Assembly (NCBI GenBank): GCA_051530055.1
Contig: CM121342.1
Coordinates: 11,051,480 to 11,115,479, forward strand
Origin: Neoechinorhynchus agilis
Taxonomy: Eukaryota > Animalia > Acanthocephala
Reading direction: 5' to 3'
DNA length: 64,000 bases
In this document: piece after piece, positions 23,001 through 36,229 of the stretch
Position numbering within the stretch: position 1 is the stretch's first letter
How the letters are laid out: every line of letters starts with the position of its first letter
Position numbers and translations under genes: made by a program
The notes under the pieces: model-generated
Databases searched by the model: none
Seen by the model: only the letters and a program-made list of their open reading frames with translations
Told to the model about the DNA's origin: nothing

Positions 23001-25660
23001 GTTTCCTTCGATGCATTTTTCCGAGAAAGGGGTCCATGGATGTTACAAGAAAGGGATTAAAGAGACCAATCGTAGGTCGAACCAGAATTTCCGGTTTCGC
23101 GGATTTGCACAGCGCTGCGTCCTCACCATCACCATGGGAAGTTGAGAGGGACTCGAATTTTGAAATAGGTCGTCCAGTTTTTAGATTAGCTTTGATTGCA
23201 GAAACCGTTCGGCGATGATCGGTGTAGGAGAGAGAATGTCTATTAGAGATGGATTTCGGAGATATGGTGCATAAAAATGAGAAATCCATTTCCTCGTAAG
23301 TGACGAATAGGACTTGGTGCTGGCACCGAACATGATTTCCCGCTTAATCGGTACACGATCGGTGGATCTGCTTAAATCACCAATGTGGGGGAGATAATGC
23401 GCAAGATTCCGATTAACAAACTGCTTCCGCCTAGCGTCGGAAGCGTGCTTATAATGAGTGATTCCAGTGAAATCGCACGTAATGTTGCGCTTTCGACCGG
23501 TATTTGTATCATCAATAGATATCAGATCACCTCGTTTAAACGCGGGGAATCCATCACCAGAAATTCTTCGCCCATGGTAAGTAGGCGGACGAAAAAGCCG
23601 ACTATCGTGAATATCGTATTCTTCATTTGTGTGGCGGGGTATGCAACTGGAGGGCTCATTTCTACGATAAATCGATAACCAGTCCTTTACATCGTACGTG
23701 AAACTGGTCGATGCCCTCATAAATCCGCTCAATGGTTTGTGAATCATCTTAATTTTAGCCAACTGGTTCGGATTCGCTGAATAGGACGGACTAGCGATAT
23801 CCGGTAATTTGTTGTAATATCCGATTGTAATGAATTCCGCAAGGCAGTAATCGTCACAGTATCTCGATGGAAGGAATTTTACTAAAGGAACAACATGATT
23901 AGGTTGATCAACAACTGAAATGAGTTCAACCTTAAGACTTTCGTCTACCAACCTTCGTTCCGTTATGAATGGAGTACTGGCGAAGCAAAAATGATTAGAC
24001 AAATTTTGAATGATCTTAGTGGATATTTAAGAGACGGATAATCTCAACCAAAGTTTTGTCACCACTTAGCAATTTTAGGTCCTTTTGAGCAAGATAAAAT
24101 ACTGAGCGTATACGTGCCAATAGTCAGTATCTAAACTTTGAAACTACTTTACGGATGACAGTACCGCTTCTGTATTTGATAGCTTTGACAATATTTTAGG
24201 CTTTTGAATTACAATGTGATTTTTAGGAATTCCAATATGTGAAAGAACGAAATGCCAGAAACCAAAATCTTTCTGTTCAAAACCCACTTAACTGTCCATG
24301 ACTGGCATCGTTCTTAAAAAGTCGCAAATAAAACGAAACTGACCGAGCTAAGTGTTGTTTAGACGAATGTAGTTTCAGTGCAGACGGCTTCTTTACACGT
24401 CGAGCACCAAAGTATCTACTTAAACGGTCATGCAGATACAGTCAAGACTATTGGCCATAATTGATCAAGGAAGATTAGTGGAACCTTTGAGGTTCACCAA
24501 CGTAGCAGCCAGTAAATGATCGAGCAGAAGCAAAGCTGACAGAAAATAAGCGGGGCAAACAAAAATCTACAATTTCAATTCGACAGCAAGTACTCCATCT
24601 TCAAGCAAAATAGATCTCGTTCTACATTAAATACTCCGTTGCTAGCGGTGGCAACTATGCAAAAGTGCCCCAAATTATCCATCAAGCGATTACTATTAAA
24701 AATCTCGAACACATTGGCAGCGTGATTTAAGGCTTCCAATAAATTTCCGTCTGCGGCATCGGATAGGTAGAACGAAATAGGGGAAAATATATAGGGATCG
24801 ATTGATCGATTTAAATCCTCTACGATATCAATTTGAAATGCATAGATTTCATTTCGAATACGTGGTAAGCACATCCTCCAATCTTCCTTTTGCTCATATT
24901 GATAAACAACTTTATAGAAATCGATATAGTATCGACCAAGAGGATCTTGTCTCAGATCGTGCTTATCGGAAATAAATGCAGCTGGCTTAAATGTGTCCTT
25001 GAATATCATCCTAGCGAACAGAGTGACCGAGACATAGTGCTGACAATTGATGAGTCTCCATTTGTCGAACAAATCGCTTAGAAATCCGTTTACCATTTTT
25101 TCATAGTACAAATCACCAGACCTCTCATCATATTCCCATAAATCAGAACTTATCTGAAGAAACAAAAATATCTTTGCTGTCACAGACCGAAATATAACCT
25201 TAGTCTGCTCATTAACGTATCCGGACAACGATTGACCGCCTGGTAGGCACATGGAATGTACGTGGCATCTTATATGTGAAAAATTCACAGCCTTTTTTTG
25301 GTACATACAGCAGCCGATCAATCGCCTATAAAATCGATATTGATCATAACGACTGAGATATTGGTCCTTGTAGACGAGTTCAATGCTCTCCAACGTAACG
25401 TCAACAGGATTTTTCCGTTCAACTTCATAGGATCCATAATGGGAGATTTGAAATCGGCGTATAATGTTCTCACTGAGACTTATACAATCACATTTGATTT
25501 CTTCTCTCAAATCTTCGACTTGAACGAGCAGCTGGAAATTTGGGTTTGATGGCATAAGAACTATTCCAATTATGTCGTTCAATTTTAGATTATGCTTTGG
25601 GTTCACCACGAGATCCTTTTCGGAGAATTGGTCTCGATGTACGGAGAGTTTTGCACGCAT
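20056..25660 (-). CDS. DEPDC5: GATOR1 subunit DEPDC5/Iml1, multi-exon
   Basis: N-terminus DLVVNPK...LESIELVYKDQYLSR...SGYVNEQTKVIFRS...FLQISSDLWEYD..GDLYYEKMVNGFLSDLFDKWRLINCQHYVSVTLFAR. Later YWRIKLALLP, a DEP domain (FPRTFISGEAVWWC...IAFLQSLL...FYHGFYLYYF), LCWLVSTGMLL..LI..WTRKA and YIHWTG...GFLWMSN. Internal exon boundaries were not all resolved. Confidence 0.95.
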
Positions 25661-25945
25661 TTAAAAACGCGATCTTAAATGAAACACGAATAAAAGCAAA
25701 ATCATTGTGCGGCCTAACGGTTAAAGTTGATTTACAGCGCACAAACAAAAATTAAATTATCAATTCTGAGCACAAATAATTCTTTTAAAATAACTAACTA
25801 TTTAATTTGCATCAATTCGTAAAAATTTCAAAATTAATTAAGAAAATTTAAAATTCAATTAAACCATTTCCGTTGAAACATTCTCGCGTGCATATATAAT
25901 AAACTGTGACCTATAAGTGCCCACTTAACAATTGTAAAACCGAGC

Positions 25946-26556
25946 TCATTTTTTTCTGTGCTGTCTTCTTTTCCTCCCAGCAATGGCCAGACGAATATTA
26001 GCAGCCCGATCTCGCTTCTTTTCAATTTCCTTCATTGTGATAATTTCCCCATGACTCTTAAAAACGGCCGGCACTTCATCTCTCTCTATTTCCTTGCTCC
26101 AATCACAACTATGAATTAAAACGGTTGCACCAGGCATCTCAACTTTATGCATTTCGCCTTCCTTCGTCTTCACGACGTTCTCGAATATTCCATCCTCCGA
26201 AAGTTTTTTCAATTCACGCATTTGCTTCGCTTTTCTCTTTAAAAATGTAACTTTTTGCTATACAAAAAATATAAACCTGTTTGCGGAGAGCCTTCAATCC
26301 ATTTTTGACTTCCTGTTCGAGTTTTTCGCAAACAATCTTCCGTCGTTCTTGTTTGCGCTTGCGAAATCCAAGTAAATATTCTCTAAATGGAATCAAGAAA
26401 TGAAAGCAAATAAGATTAATTGAACCTTCGATCGTTTTCATTGAATTTTATTTTCAATTTCCTACGACGTTTGCGCTCTGTATGTCCGCCAAATTGGACG
26501 AAATTCGCTGAATCATCATCGCTTTCCTCTGGACCAATATGAAAATTTTGCACCAT
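25946..26556 (-). CDS. NOL12: Nucleolar protein 12 / Rrp17-like (3 exons)
   Basis: Splicing the 43-nt intron 26383-26425 gives KLKIKFNENDRR|EYLLGFRKRKQERRK, the NOL12 signature F.E..RREYL.GF.KRK.ERK. A second short intron joins LRKQ|RKAKQMRELKK, and the C-terminus is basic. The start codon is uncertain. Confidence 0.8.
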
Positions 26557-27948
26557 TAATCGTGAACAAGAAGCGTCTAAAAGAATAAACACGTTAGTCT
26601 GCATTGGAACGGAGAACCTATTCTACATGGCAAAAGTCATAGCAAGTTTTATTTTGACCGCAAGAACATCATAACAACAGAATTATTGTTTAGACGACTT
26701 GAACCGTTTAAAAATTTTATGGATTACGTTTTGTACCTCGTCGGGTTCATCATAAGTTTGGGCGAGGTTCAAAACGTATTTAATAGAAAACTATTAACCG
26801 ATTGAAGACGTCTAAACGATAATTCTAATCATATACCAAGGTATCTCACATATCGACACCATAACAAAAGCTTTATCCGGCGACAATGCTTCGCCTTTTT
26901 AGTCATCTAAAAAGTTTTTAGTTGCATTTAATCCGAAATTATGATCACCGCATCTCCAACTCTATCATCAAAAAGGAATTTCTCCCGATAATTTTAGAAA
27001 TCAGAGATGTGGTGATTTATTGAGATATTTGACGAGAAAGCTTCGCCTTGTCAGTCATCTAAAAAAGTTTTATTTGTTTTTAATTCGAAATTATGATCAC
27101 GACTCGGGCATCTCTAATATTATAATCCAAAAAGGTGTTAAACTTAAAACATTAGCGATCGAGAATATAAAGTAACTATCAGTCGAATTCTGCATAACCT
27201 GAATGAATTTTTATATTTGGAATAACACGTTCATTTATTGAAAGATTCTTAAGTAGAACCAATACAAGTCTCATGCGATTGAAATGGACAAGGAAAATAC
27301 TACGTAATCATTCCTAGAAAAAGTAAAGTTAATTCGCACTTTAAGAAATCATGTTAAATTTTAAGTTGTATTGAACAGTGATTTACCAATTATTTATATC
27401 GATTTGAGCATATCTTTTAAGCCATAGATAAATCAGAATTGGTAAAATGGAAGTCAGATCGTCGGTGAAAGCAATATTGAAGTAACAAGATTACAAAAGA
27501 GCAGAAGGACTAATTACACGAATCGATCGACAAATAATTGATTCCCAGTCTATGAAATCCAGTTCGTAAGATTAATCATGATTTTCTTCCGTTCTAAAGA
27601 TTTGAAATTAAGCTTTTTACCTGGGAAAATTAATTTCCGAGTTTTCCGCAAGTGTACAGGCATAAAATTTAATATTTGCTGATATATCGAGTGACCAATA
27701 AATAAGGATCGATCCAGGTATCTGAAATTGGGTTGGATTTCGATCCCGTCTTTAAAAACGTGGAATAATTCTGTTGGCTTTAACAACTGATCCTTTCAGT
27801 TCATCAGATGCAAAATTAGTTTTACTTGGTAAAGCCTGAAAGATTTATCCATTGACCCATAAGTGCTTTTTAATAAATTCATTGGTCAACATTTCCTGAA
27901 GATGAATTGTGTGATCTGCTAAGCCCGAAGGACGACGTTGAAATGAAA

Positions 27949-28485
27949 AAAGCACCCCTCTTAGCGTTTCTGGGTGTTCTCATAAGACGACAAAACTCAG
28001 GTTATTGGGACTACAACATTAAACGCGGTGTGGTACCTTGGACCTCTGCCCAGTCAGGGAAGTTATCCGGGTAGCAAAATAGCTCGCTGTATTCGGGACG
28101 ACCTTCGGGAAGCGATAAGAACCCAAATAACGGGTTTTCTTTTGAGAGTTCCATTCATTAAGGATCATTTGAACTCCGATATCGAATCCAGAGGTCGGAC
28201 AACCGATCATTGCAGATAAGGCAAGAAATTGTCAAGCATTGTCAATCCATTGGCCAATTTTATCTACGAGATATCCTGTAAAGACTGTCCGCGAGTCTCT
28301 ATATTGGGCAGATTAACAGACTACGACGCAGGATTGGTGAGCATCTAAACGCTGTTGAACAAGAAAACAGACCAAAGCTCTGCAGTAGTGAGTCACTCGA
28401 CATCAAATCACGAGATCGATTTTGACAAAATCAATGGATTGATGGAAGGTGACGATCGATATGGAAGTGTGATCGTAGAAGCAAT
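27949..28485 (+). mobile_element. PLE GIY-YIG fragment, near-identical to 19007-19543
   Basis: A 537-bp direct copy at offset 8942. Confidence 0.9.
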
Positions 28486-28500
28486 AAAGATAAATTTCAT

Positions 28501-31500
28501 ATGTTTTTGCAACTTAACGTTGCAGCGGAGCGTGGCAAACGGCCACCCAATCAACCTTCATTAAACTTCGATCTTCCTCCCGTTCCTACTAACGATGATA
28601 CCGGGACGGAATTAATGGATATAGACGGAGAAGAAGGTGGGCAATCCATTCCCGGAGTCCGTCATGAGTCCTTTAGGGGCAAAACCGCTTCCGTGTATTT
28701 GGAACTTCCGATTAAAGGATGGCCATTTTCTATCTCACCTACGACCAATCCAACCAGTAGCGCGATGGCTTAGATCTCTCAAAGATGACTACAATCGAAT
28801 CAAATCGATTTCGTTCTTTGGCGGAGTATTAAAAATCCACTTCACTTCGAATTTATGTATGAAACAATATGCGAGCTTCCTAGCTCGATTCAAAGATATC
28901 TTAAATACACGGACTCAAACTATTCATCTACGTTCATTGTTTCCGGCCTTTCGCCGGGTATAGATAATGAGAACAAGCTCGCTAACCTGTTCTTAAAATC
29001 TTTAAGAAGTGGTAAACCAATTCCACGGGCAGTGGTTTAAGCACCTTTTCATGTCCGAGATAACCTAACAACATCCTCCTGCTCCTTTCAATCTATGGAA
29101 GTGAAGTTCTTCAAGAACCAAATCTCGCAGCAGGACGACTATACTTTCCCAAGGTATGGGGACATTGGGTCCAGAAATGCCTTCTAATACGATTATCTGC
29201 ACATTCTGCGCTCAGGATCATCTTTCGTTCTCCTACCCAGACATCTAAACAATGTGCAAACTGTGGTTTGGCTGGGCACTGTGCATTCGCCAAAACTTGT
29301 GCTTCATTTAAGGATTACATCAAATAAGCTAAAGATAATTCGATCAAGATAATTCAGCACAACACTAGAATTCAAGTCGCCCAACGTACCGTTCAAGCTC
29401 CGCATAGAGCCTATGGGCGTTCACCTCCTCACTTGAGCACTCGCGTCAATACCTCCAGCTCGTTAGATGCAAGACTTGAAGAGTTCTCTGTTAACATTCT
29501 GAGCTTAGTGGAAACGAGGATAAACAATGCAATCCAAGGATTAGAGAAGAGACTTGCTGTCGATTTTTGACGCGCTAGTCAACTTTGTAAAGAATAGTTT
29601 GTCCGGTTTAATGAAAAACACCTTACTGCCTCCAGAGGCACCGGCCAAAAGAGGTTTAACATCTTAGTGAATGACATGACCGACACTCCGTCAGTTGTCA
29701 ATGATGTCTAGGTTCTCAACAATGATGATTATATAAGACAGATCATTGAGGACTAGAAACAGATAATTGCTAATAAAACTCATAAGATAATATCAAAGCC
29801 GCCCTCAGGTTAGTGCAACGGAATGCAGGGGGTCGTTAGGCATTTCACATCTAAAGCCACAGCTAGGAAAGTATGGCATGTTTCTTATACAAGAAACCAA
29901 GACCATCTACTCGCTGACCGATCTTCCAAGTAACCTCAGTAGCTTTATAACGATTTTATAATCTTTATATATTTCCTACCTAAACGTATCTCTGAATTTG
30001 TATCCCCAAACATGTCTTATGCGATTTTTTCTATTACCTTGGTGGGAATGTCTTTTAGCATGTATTATCTACATCATACCAAATAAAATTCATTTATCAG
30101 AATCTAAAACCTGTTTAATTAATATTTTCAATTCCGGGATAGATTTTATCTTCGCAGTCTTTAATGATCATCCCAGAAATGGTTGCGAGCAGTTCTAAAG
30201 GCAACCGATTGCCATGACAGTATCTCCCCTACTTTTCCCACATTTCAGTCGCCCTTCTCTTTGTCCTATTTGGACCTATGCGTATGGAGGAGGAGATGCG
30301 CACTTAAACCATTCGATATCTCTCAGAACTCCCTTTTCCGAAGAACTGGCCACGATGGTATCGTGTGAAGTTTTGATAAAAATCTCCTGCTTTGTAAGAA
30401 ATTTAAACTCGGTTTCTAAAATTTCACCTCTTTAACACTGCCTTAAAATTATTTTTCACCGGAAACAGGTGCGCTACTCTAGGCGAGATCAATAACTTTT
30501 TAATATCCTCCAGCACCGACTTTTTCACTACGGTCAAACAACTTAATCGCTTCTGCGGAACCCCGAGCTTAATATGTGCGAAGAACCAGGGCAACTCTTC
30601 AGCTGTTAAATTCTGGTCTGCTTTATTTTGGCCATGTAGGGCTCATTTCCAATTAAATAAGGACAGAGGGAGGATTATATTGCTCCTTCCGAATTCTCAA
30701 TGATGGCATGCCGTTTCTAAGAAAAAATTCGTTCCTTGGCAGCCATCGTGGATCAAAATCTCGGAACCTAACAGTGTGATGAGAACGTACTGTAGCTTCC
30801 ATTCCGATGGTTGTTATCTTACGCTGTTTTCTTACCTATCAAACCAAGACGCCATGATCTTTAAGCCTCTGATATTGTTCAATTGTGGAGATCACGAGAT
30901 AAGATTTCCGCCAACGGCTCATCAGTATGCCTCAAAGTCACTAATGTAATCGACAAAGTCAACATCACCGGTATTGCTAAGACTATGGTCAGTGCGCCTC
31001 CCGACAAATGGGCTCATGAATCTCTCGAAGCGTATTTTTCTCATCAAAAAAGAAAGGGAAAAATGTCGTAGCCGGTGGAGATGTTCGTCCCATATCCATT
31101 CAGAACTCACTGGTTTCAATCTACGAACGGGCACTAGCTAAAGCGCTTTTACATTTTGCCTTAAATAATGACTGCATCGGCCGCGGATGCTACGGGCTTT
31201 CCTCATAAATCCGTTCAGGCGGCAAACGCTGAAATTATCACTAATTTTAGTTGGAATCAGAAGTCAATGTACATTTTAGTCTCCTTCGATATCTCTAAGG
31301 CTTTTTAAAACATCGATATCGATTTTATGATAAACATCCTTCGTTATTTTCACTTCCCTTATAACCTAGTTGCACGAGTGCACAACACTATGAAGTCTAA
31401 ACAATTTTTTATCAAGATGACATATCCCACAAGATCTATCATCAAACAAAAGGAGTTCAGCAAGGGTCCCCGCTCTCACCCATCCTCTTCTAATTGGCTT

Positions 31501-32100
31501 CCCAATTTCTTCTTAGGAATTGCAAGGTTTGTAATGATTAAACCCTATATGCAGATGATTTCACTGCGGTGATCAAAGAAGCGAATTACCTAGCAGCTAA
31601 AGAAACTCCCAGATTTACTCTCAAGTCTTAATTCTCTTCTCCCACAGATGGGTTTGTCACTGAATCCACTAAAAACGCAATTTATTTTAAAATTTAGATT
31701 GGTTCTGGTCAAACGACGTGTGCTCGTTACTTTTATAAACAATTTTTAATCTGACCTCGTCGACAACTTTTGATAATATTACGGTTTTGGGGTAAACCCC
31801 TATATCTAATATGTCCATAAGACACGACCTCCGCAAATTCAAGAGGCTTGCGCGGGGTTAAAGTTAAAGCTAGTAGATTTCTCAAACTTGGACTTATCTC
31901 TCATGAGACCAGAAGTATTTGGAATTCTTGGGCAATCTCAGGCCTAGTTTTCTAATCAAGAGGTGAACTTTCCTAGACTATCTGAGCAAACTCCCTCATT
32001 GTTTAAATCAAAATGCTCAACAATAGTACCTAAAGCGTTTTCGACTTTATGATCTTTTTAAATTAACTAATTTGCCCCAAACTAACAATTATAATATGTT
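28501..32100 (+). mobile_element. Degenerate LINE (ORF1 with zinc knuckles, APE, RT)
   Basis: CCHC-like clusters (GHWVQKC, CTFCAQDH, CANCGLAGHCAF) at ~29150-29310. APE-like LIQETKT and SLSYLDL. RT-like RPIS, VSFDISKA, GSPLSPILF and YADD motifs, broken by many lesions. Confidence 0.8.
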
Positions 32101-32793
32101 CAAAATGACGAGACCTCGACCTCTTAATGATAACTATTGTTCAAGTTCACAACTGTGTTTCATTCCAAAAGGACATTATAAAAAATGAAAATTAATAATC
32201 TATGCTTCAACAGTAAGTAAAACAATGGACAAAAATACGCTCTTATGATTGTTGCGGATTTTATAACATTTCTTTTATGATAATACGTTTATTTTGTTTG
32301 TTAGATAACAAGAGTGCTCCCGGTATGAACTCTCTTCGATTATTCGATGATTATCATTTTTTGAAATACGTTTTTTTGCTAAATATTCATAAGATGGAAA
32401 CGAAAATGCACAATTTCATTCGTAATAGAACATTTAGACAACTGCAGGAATCAAAAAGTAAAATTCACTTGATATCTAAAGAGTCAACGGATGCAATAAA
32501 TTTAAATAGACGATCTGATGATTGCAACGGATTTTATAAGCCTTTCTTTAGCTGCTAACAATAAAACGATTTAGACACAAGTAAAGGCTGCATTGAAATG
32601 CTTGCAAATGATATGAAACAACGCCCGCCGTTATTTGCAGTCTATCTAGAAATTTTAATAAAAAACTCATGGACGGAAAATATTCCATTGATTTAGCGAA
32701 ACGAGTTGAAAGAATAAAAACGACTAAAGACAATAATAACAATTCCTTGATTTATTTTGCAGTTGTTTACGTTTGAAGAGATTGAAACTTTTA

Positions 32794-33153
32794 TTAGAAA
32801 AAACTGACAAGGACCGTGCAGACCATATCTTCAAGATGTCGCGTTACCGAGATGAGTTGTCGATCGTCCGTACATTCAGTGAGTTTCCTGCATCCCATGA
32901 CAAAATACTTGGACCATTCTGGTATACTTGAACGATTCTCACAAGGCAACATTTTCGAAAGAGTCGTTCATTTAATCGTTGTGGTTACTAGCGTTCGGGT
33001 TTGGGCGCCGCTTATCAACGAGCAAACTGTTGCGTTCAATTGTTTACTCCATGCGTCTATCAAATCGAGATCGTATTTAAAACCCTTGAAAGTTTCCTCA
33101 ATCATCAGGTTAATATTTGCCTTGAGCGAATTCACATCTTCATGGGACACCAT
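32794..33153 (-). CDS. Probable Tctex-1/DYNLT-like dynein light chain (2 exons)
   Basis: INLMIEETFKGFKYDLDLIDAWSKQL resembles the Tctex-1 N-terminal helices. A 51-nt phase-0 GT-AG intron (32938-32988) removes the in-frame TGA. The C-terminus TDDRQLISVTRHLEDMVCTVLVSFF* resembles Tctex beta strands. Similarity was judged by eye and is weak. Confidence 0.4.
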
Positions 33154-33340
33154 ATAAATGCCGAAGATGCGGACGCTATAAAGAATTTGAAATCTGGTTG
33201 CCATGGATAATAATTATGTTTTTTGTTTTGAGAAAAATACGAGAAAATCATACAAAATTCTGGAAGGAGATGACACGCTAAATACTCGCAAACATTAAAA
33301 CAAATTAAAAAAATCCGTGTTTTATCGAATCACAAATCGC

Positions 33341-34822
33341 TCATTTCTGACACTGGCCTTGCTGATCGTCAACAGTTGCTTCGTTCACTACCTCATCAAT
33401 CTCGTTTTTTTCTTCTAACGCTTTCACTTTTTCTTTTACAAAACGATTCTGGCGTTCAATGAGTTCAAGGAGATCACTCAAAGCAGCGCTTAACTTCGCC
33501 TTGTCTTGATCGTTCTGAATTTGTTCATAAGTATCGAACATTTTTTTCTGCTCGGCGACTAAAGCGTCCAAAATATTGTAGTCTTCTTTAAGTTCTTCGT
33601 AACGAGGCCGATTTTTATTTCCGTTTTTATTTTCGTATACTTCATTCTTTTTGTTGAAGAGTTGAGGATTTGCAAATCTATTAGGAAGATTCGATGGTGG
33701 CCGTAAACGCCTGGGAAAGCGCTGAGGAGCAAAAGGAACAAAATGCGACATTGTTCGAAACGGTCTCATTGATTGCGGTCGTTGGTTGAAAATCCGGGTA
33801 GAAGGTTGGCGCTGAACACCAACCGATTCCATGTTGGGCATCACGGGTAACGGTTCGGAAAAGTACCTGCTAAGTCGAATGAATCGATTGTTGAGAACCG
33901 GATCAGGACTGCGGAACGCGCGTTCCGCTTCGTGCGAAGCTGAGAATGTGATTAGCGCCGTGTCGGGTTGATTTTCATGAGAAATTTGAATGTTAGTGAT
34001 GCGTCCGAACCTCGAGAAATGTTGTCCAAGATCCGTTACGTTATTTTGACTCACTGGAATCCGACGGACCTCGATGGTTGAGGACTTCATTTGATCACTT
34101 TTCCGTCGCTTTGATTCTTGAATCTGCGGTTGATAATGAGGTTCAGACGAGTTTGTTTGCGTCGGTTCATTCTTCGGTTCTTCGATTAAAGCAGAGCTCT
34201 CGTCCCAAAGAGTGCGAAGAACAGGAACCACGTTGCGTGATTGACGGTCAGCGGCCGGAGGACCGTGTTGCGGTGGAGAATATCGTCTTCTTCGACGATG
34301 TGGAACCGCCTGAACAACCGACTGAATCGGCTGAGGTCGGTCGACGTTGGCGTCATTCGGCCGCTGACGAAATTCAGTCCGGTTTCTGTGCACTGGTGGA
34401 GACCGTCTCCTAAAGTCTCTCGCTCTCTTCCTCCTTTGATCATCACCTTCTTCACTCCGTCGGCGATGTCTTGGTGGCATCGGGGACGACGAAGACGATG
34501 ATCGCCGACGAGCTCGGCGAGGATCTTCGGCTTGAGACTTAAGATGTCGACTTGTTTCTTCGTTTAAAGGCTGCTCCTTCGACGTCGCCAAATAACTCTC
34601 TGTTCGCATGCAATCAAACAGAAGGTCCAAAAAACGATCGGTTTCGTCCATCAGAAAAATCCGAAGCTGGCTTACGCAAATCTGCCTAAGATCGCTTTCG
34701 GGTTTGTCCTTTTGAACCAAAGCGAGAATATATCGAGACAGGATATTGGGATCCGCACTGCACATTGGAGGTAGAACCTCCAGAAGCCAAGCCTGCAATG
34801 CTTCAACGTCTGATACTTTCAT
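33341..34822 (-). CDS. RBM26: RBM26/RBM27-like RNA-binding protein (PWI + RRM + coiled coil), single exon
   Basis: PWI domain EALQAWL...CSADPNILSRYILALVQKDKPESDLRQIC..QL.IFL..ET.RF...LF, then an RS-rich region. RRM TIEVRRIP...NNVTDL..HFSRFG.ITNIQI...ALITF....EAERAF.SPDPVLNNRFI. Start placed at MKVSD (34822). RBM26 and RBM27 cannot be separated. Confidence 0.9.
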   Translation of the reverse strand: MKVSDVEALQAWLLEVLPPMCSADPNILSRYILALVQKDKPESDLRQICVSQLRIFLMDETDRFLDLLFDCMRTESYLATSKEQPLNEETSRHLKSQAEDPRRARRRSSSSSSPMPPRHRRRSEEGDDQRRKRARDFRRRSPPVHRNRTEFRQRPNDANVDRPQPIQSVVQAVPHRRRRRYSPPQHGPPAADRQSRNVVPVLRTLWDESSALIEEPKNEPTQTNSSEPHYQPQIQESKRRKSDQMKSSTIEVRRIPVSQNNVTDLGQHFSRFGRITNIQISHENQPDTALITFSASHEAERAFRSPDPVLNNRFIRLSRYFSEPLPVMPNMESVGVQRQPSTRIFNQRPQSMRPFRTMSHFVPFAPQRFPRRLRPPSNLPNRFANPQLFNKKNEVYENKNGNKNRPRYEELKEDYNILDALVAEQKKMFDTYEQIQNDQDKAKLSAALSDLLELIERQNRFVKEKVKALEEKNEIDEVVNEATVDDQQGQCQK

Positions 34823-35479
34823 TGTTGTACCTAAATGGAAAAAGGGGAACGGGCGCGCACTTTTATCCGCCGGACTCAATTTGGAACTTTCTCCTTCTTT
34901 TGTGGCGTTCTTCCGTGTCTGACTAAAACTTGGAATCCAACAAATTTTATGTTTTTCGACATCACACTGAAATAAAGTTCGTTCATTTAGTACATATTTG
35001 CGCCCTGATTCCAAAGATGTTTTTAGATTTACGATAGGTGCCATGTACATGGCAGACAAACGTGTACGCCATTGACGCGATTTGACCAAGATTGTACAAA
35101 AACACCGAATTTCTGTATATTTTTTGTTCTAATTTTGAAAGCTTTTGACTGCTTTTGAATATCACCCTTAAGGCAATTTCCATTTCCTGAAACTTGCATT
35201 GTAAAGAAACTTCGGACCCTGAAGATATCGATTTAAATTATGGTGCCACGTAAAGATCCAGGATATGTAGTTCATTTAACTTTGCTCTTAATAAAATATT
35301 GAGTTAAAAATTGGATTTATCGCGATTCGATCACTAGTCCTTGTAGAGATTACGGGCAACATATCAAGCCCCGAGGAAACTCGGTGCCGGTCCCAAGCTC
35401 CGATAAATGGGGAGAGTTGGTGTCAGGAAGGGCATCCGACCGTAAAAACCTTGCATCAATAAAACCAAAATTGAGCAGT

Positions 35480-36037
35480 TTTCGTTAATAGGGACTCGAC
35501 ATAGGCAGAAACCGTTCTATATTCTGCATTTGCGTGCACCTTCAATCTCCCTATGAACTCCACACCTGACGATACTGTGTGCTTATCCTGAGACAATAAG
35601 TTTCTTAACATGTTAGCCAATGTCCTTGCTGTTATCGTATAATATGCAGAATGCGATGCAATAACTGGCCAAGCCTGGGCTAAACCAACAATATACAAAG
35701 GATAATTAAGGAACATAAATATGCTCTGAGGAAGAGGTGCTGATGCCAGTTTAGCAACATTCAACCATTTTGCCCAACAGGACCACTTAATGGCATTGAC
35801 TACGCTACCATTTTGGCACGTAGTGAAACAAAATGGGACCGTGTGATTATGGAGGCAATATTCATCGGTCAAGTGGAAACAATTGAAGGAAAAAAGGCGG
35901 ACTTTAGGCTCAATCTTGGGACAGTGAATATTGATCAATCCCCACATGATTTTTTAGACCTTGATAAAGGCACAAGATTGTGTCGAAATATCGGATTTTA
36001 AAATAAAATCATTTTAATTTCTTCGCCAGAAAACAAC
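35480..36037. mobile_element. PLE fragment (RT piece on minus strand joined to EN/3' end on plus strand), copy of 43326-43883
   Basis: Near-identical direct copy at offset 7846. VESLLTK on the minus strand; KWDRVIMEAIFI on the plus strand. Confidence 0.85.
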
Positions 36038-36229
36038 AAATTTGAACAATTCAATCTCCGAACGGTTTTAAGTACATTTTTGTCATCTCACAGATAAGCG
36101 CTCTTCGTTGATGACGGGCGTGATTCGCAAGTTCACTTGCGAAAGTTCATCATCTTTGAGTCACGTTTTGCTTGCAACTCAGATCTTGAACTTCTTTGTA
36201 AAAAAATTCTAACGGTACACTCTTTAATT

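Noticed and set aside
27885-27950. Hammerhead at CTGAAGA near the PLE fragment
   Set aside because: No matching stem II/GAAA/UH arrangement.
32968-32970. In-frame TGA as selenocysteine or readthrough in the Tctex-like ORF
   Set aside because: A 51-nt GT-AG intron of typical local size removes it.
34823-35183. N-terminal extension of RBM26, or a separate gene
   Set aside because: The PWI domain normally starts the protein, and I cannot assign the upstream open frames to anything.
36095-36165. Hammerhead or SECIS upstream of the glutaredoxin (TTGATGA...GCAAG-ttca-CTTGC-GAAA)
   Set aside because: The core lacks C3, stems I and III do not form, it lies 5' of the CDS and the Grx has no UGA codon.
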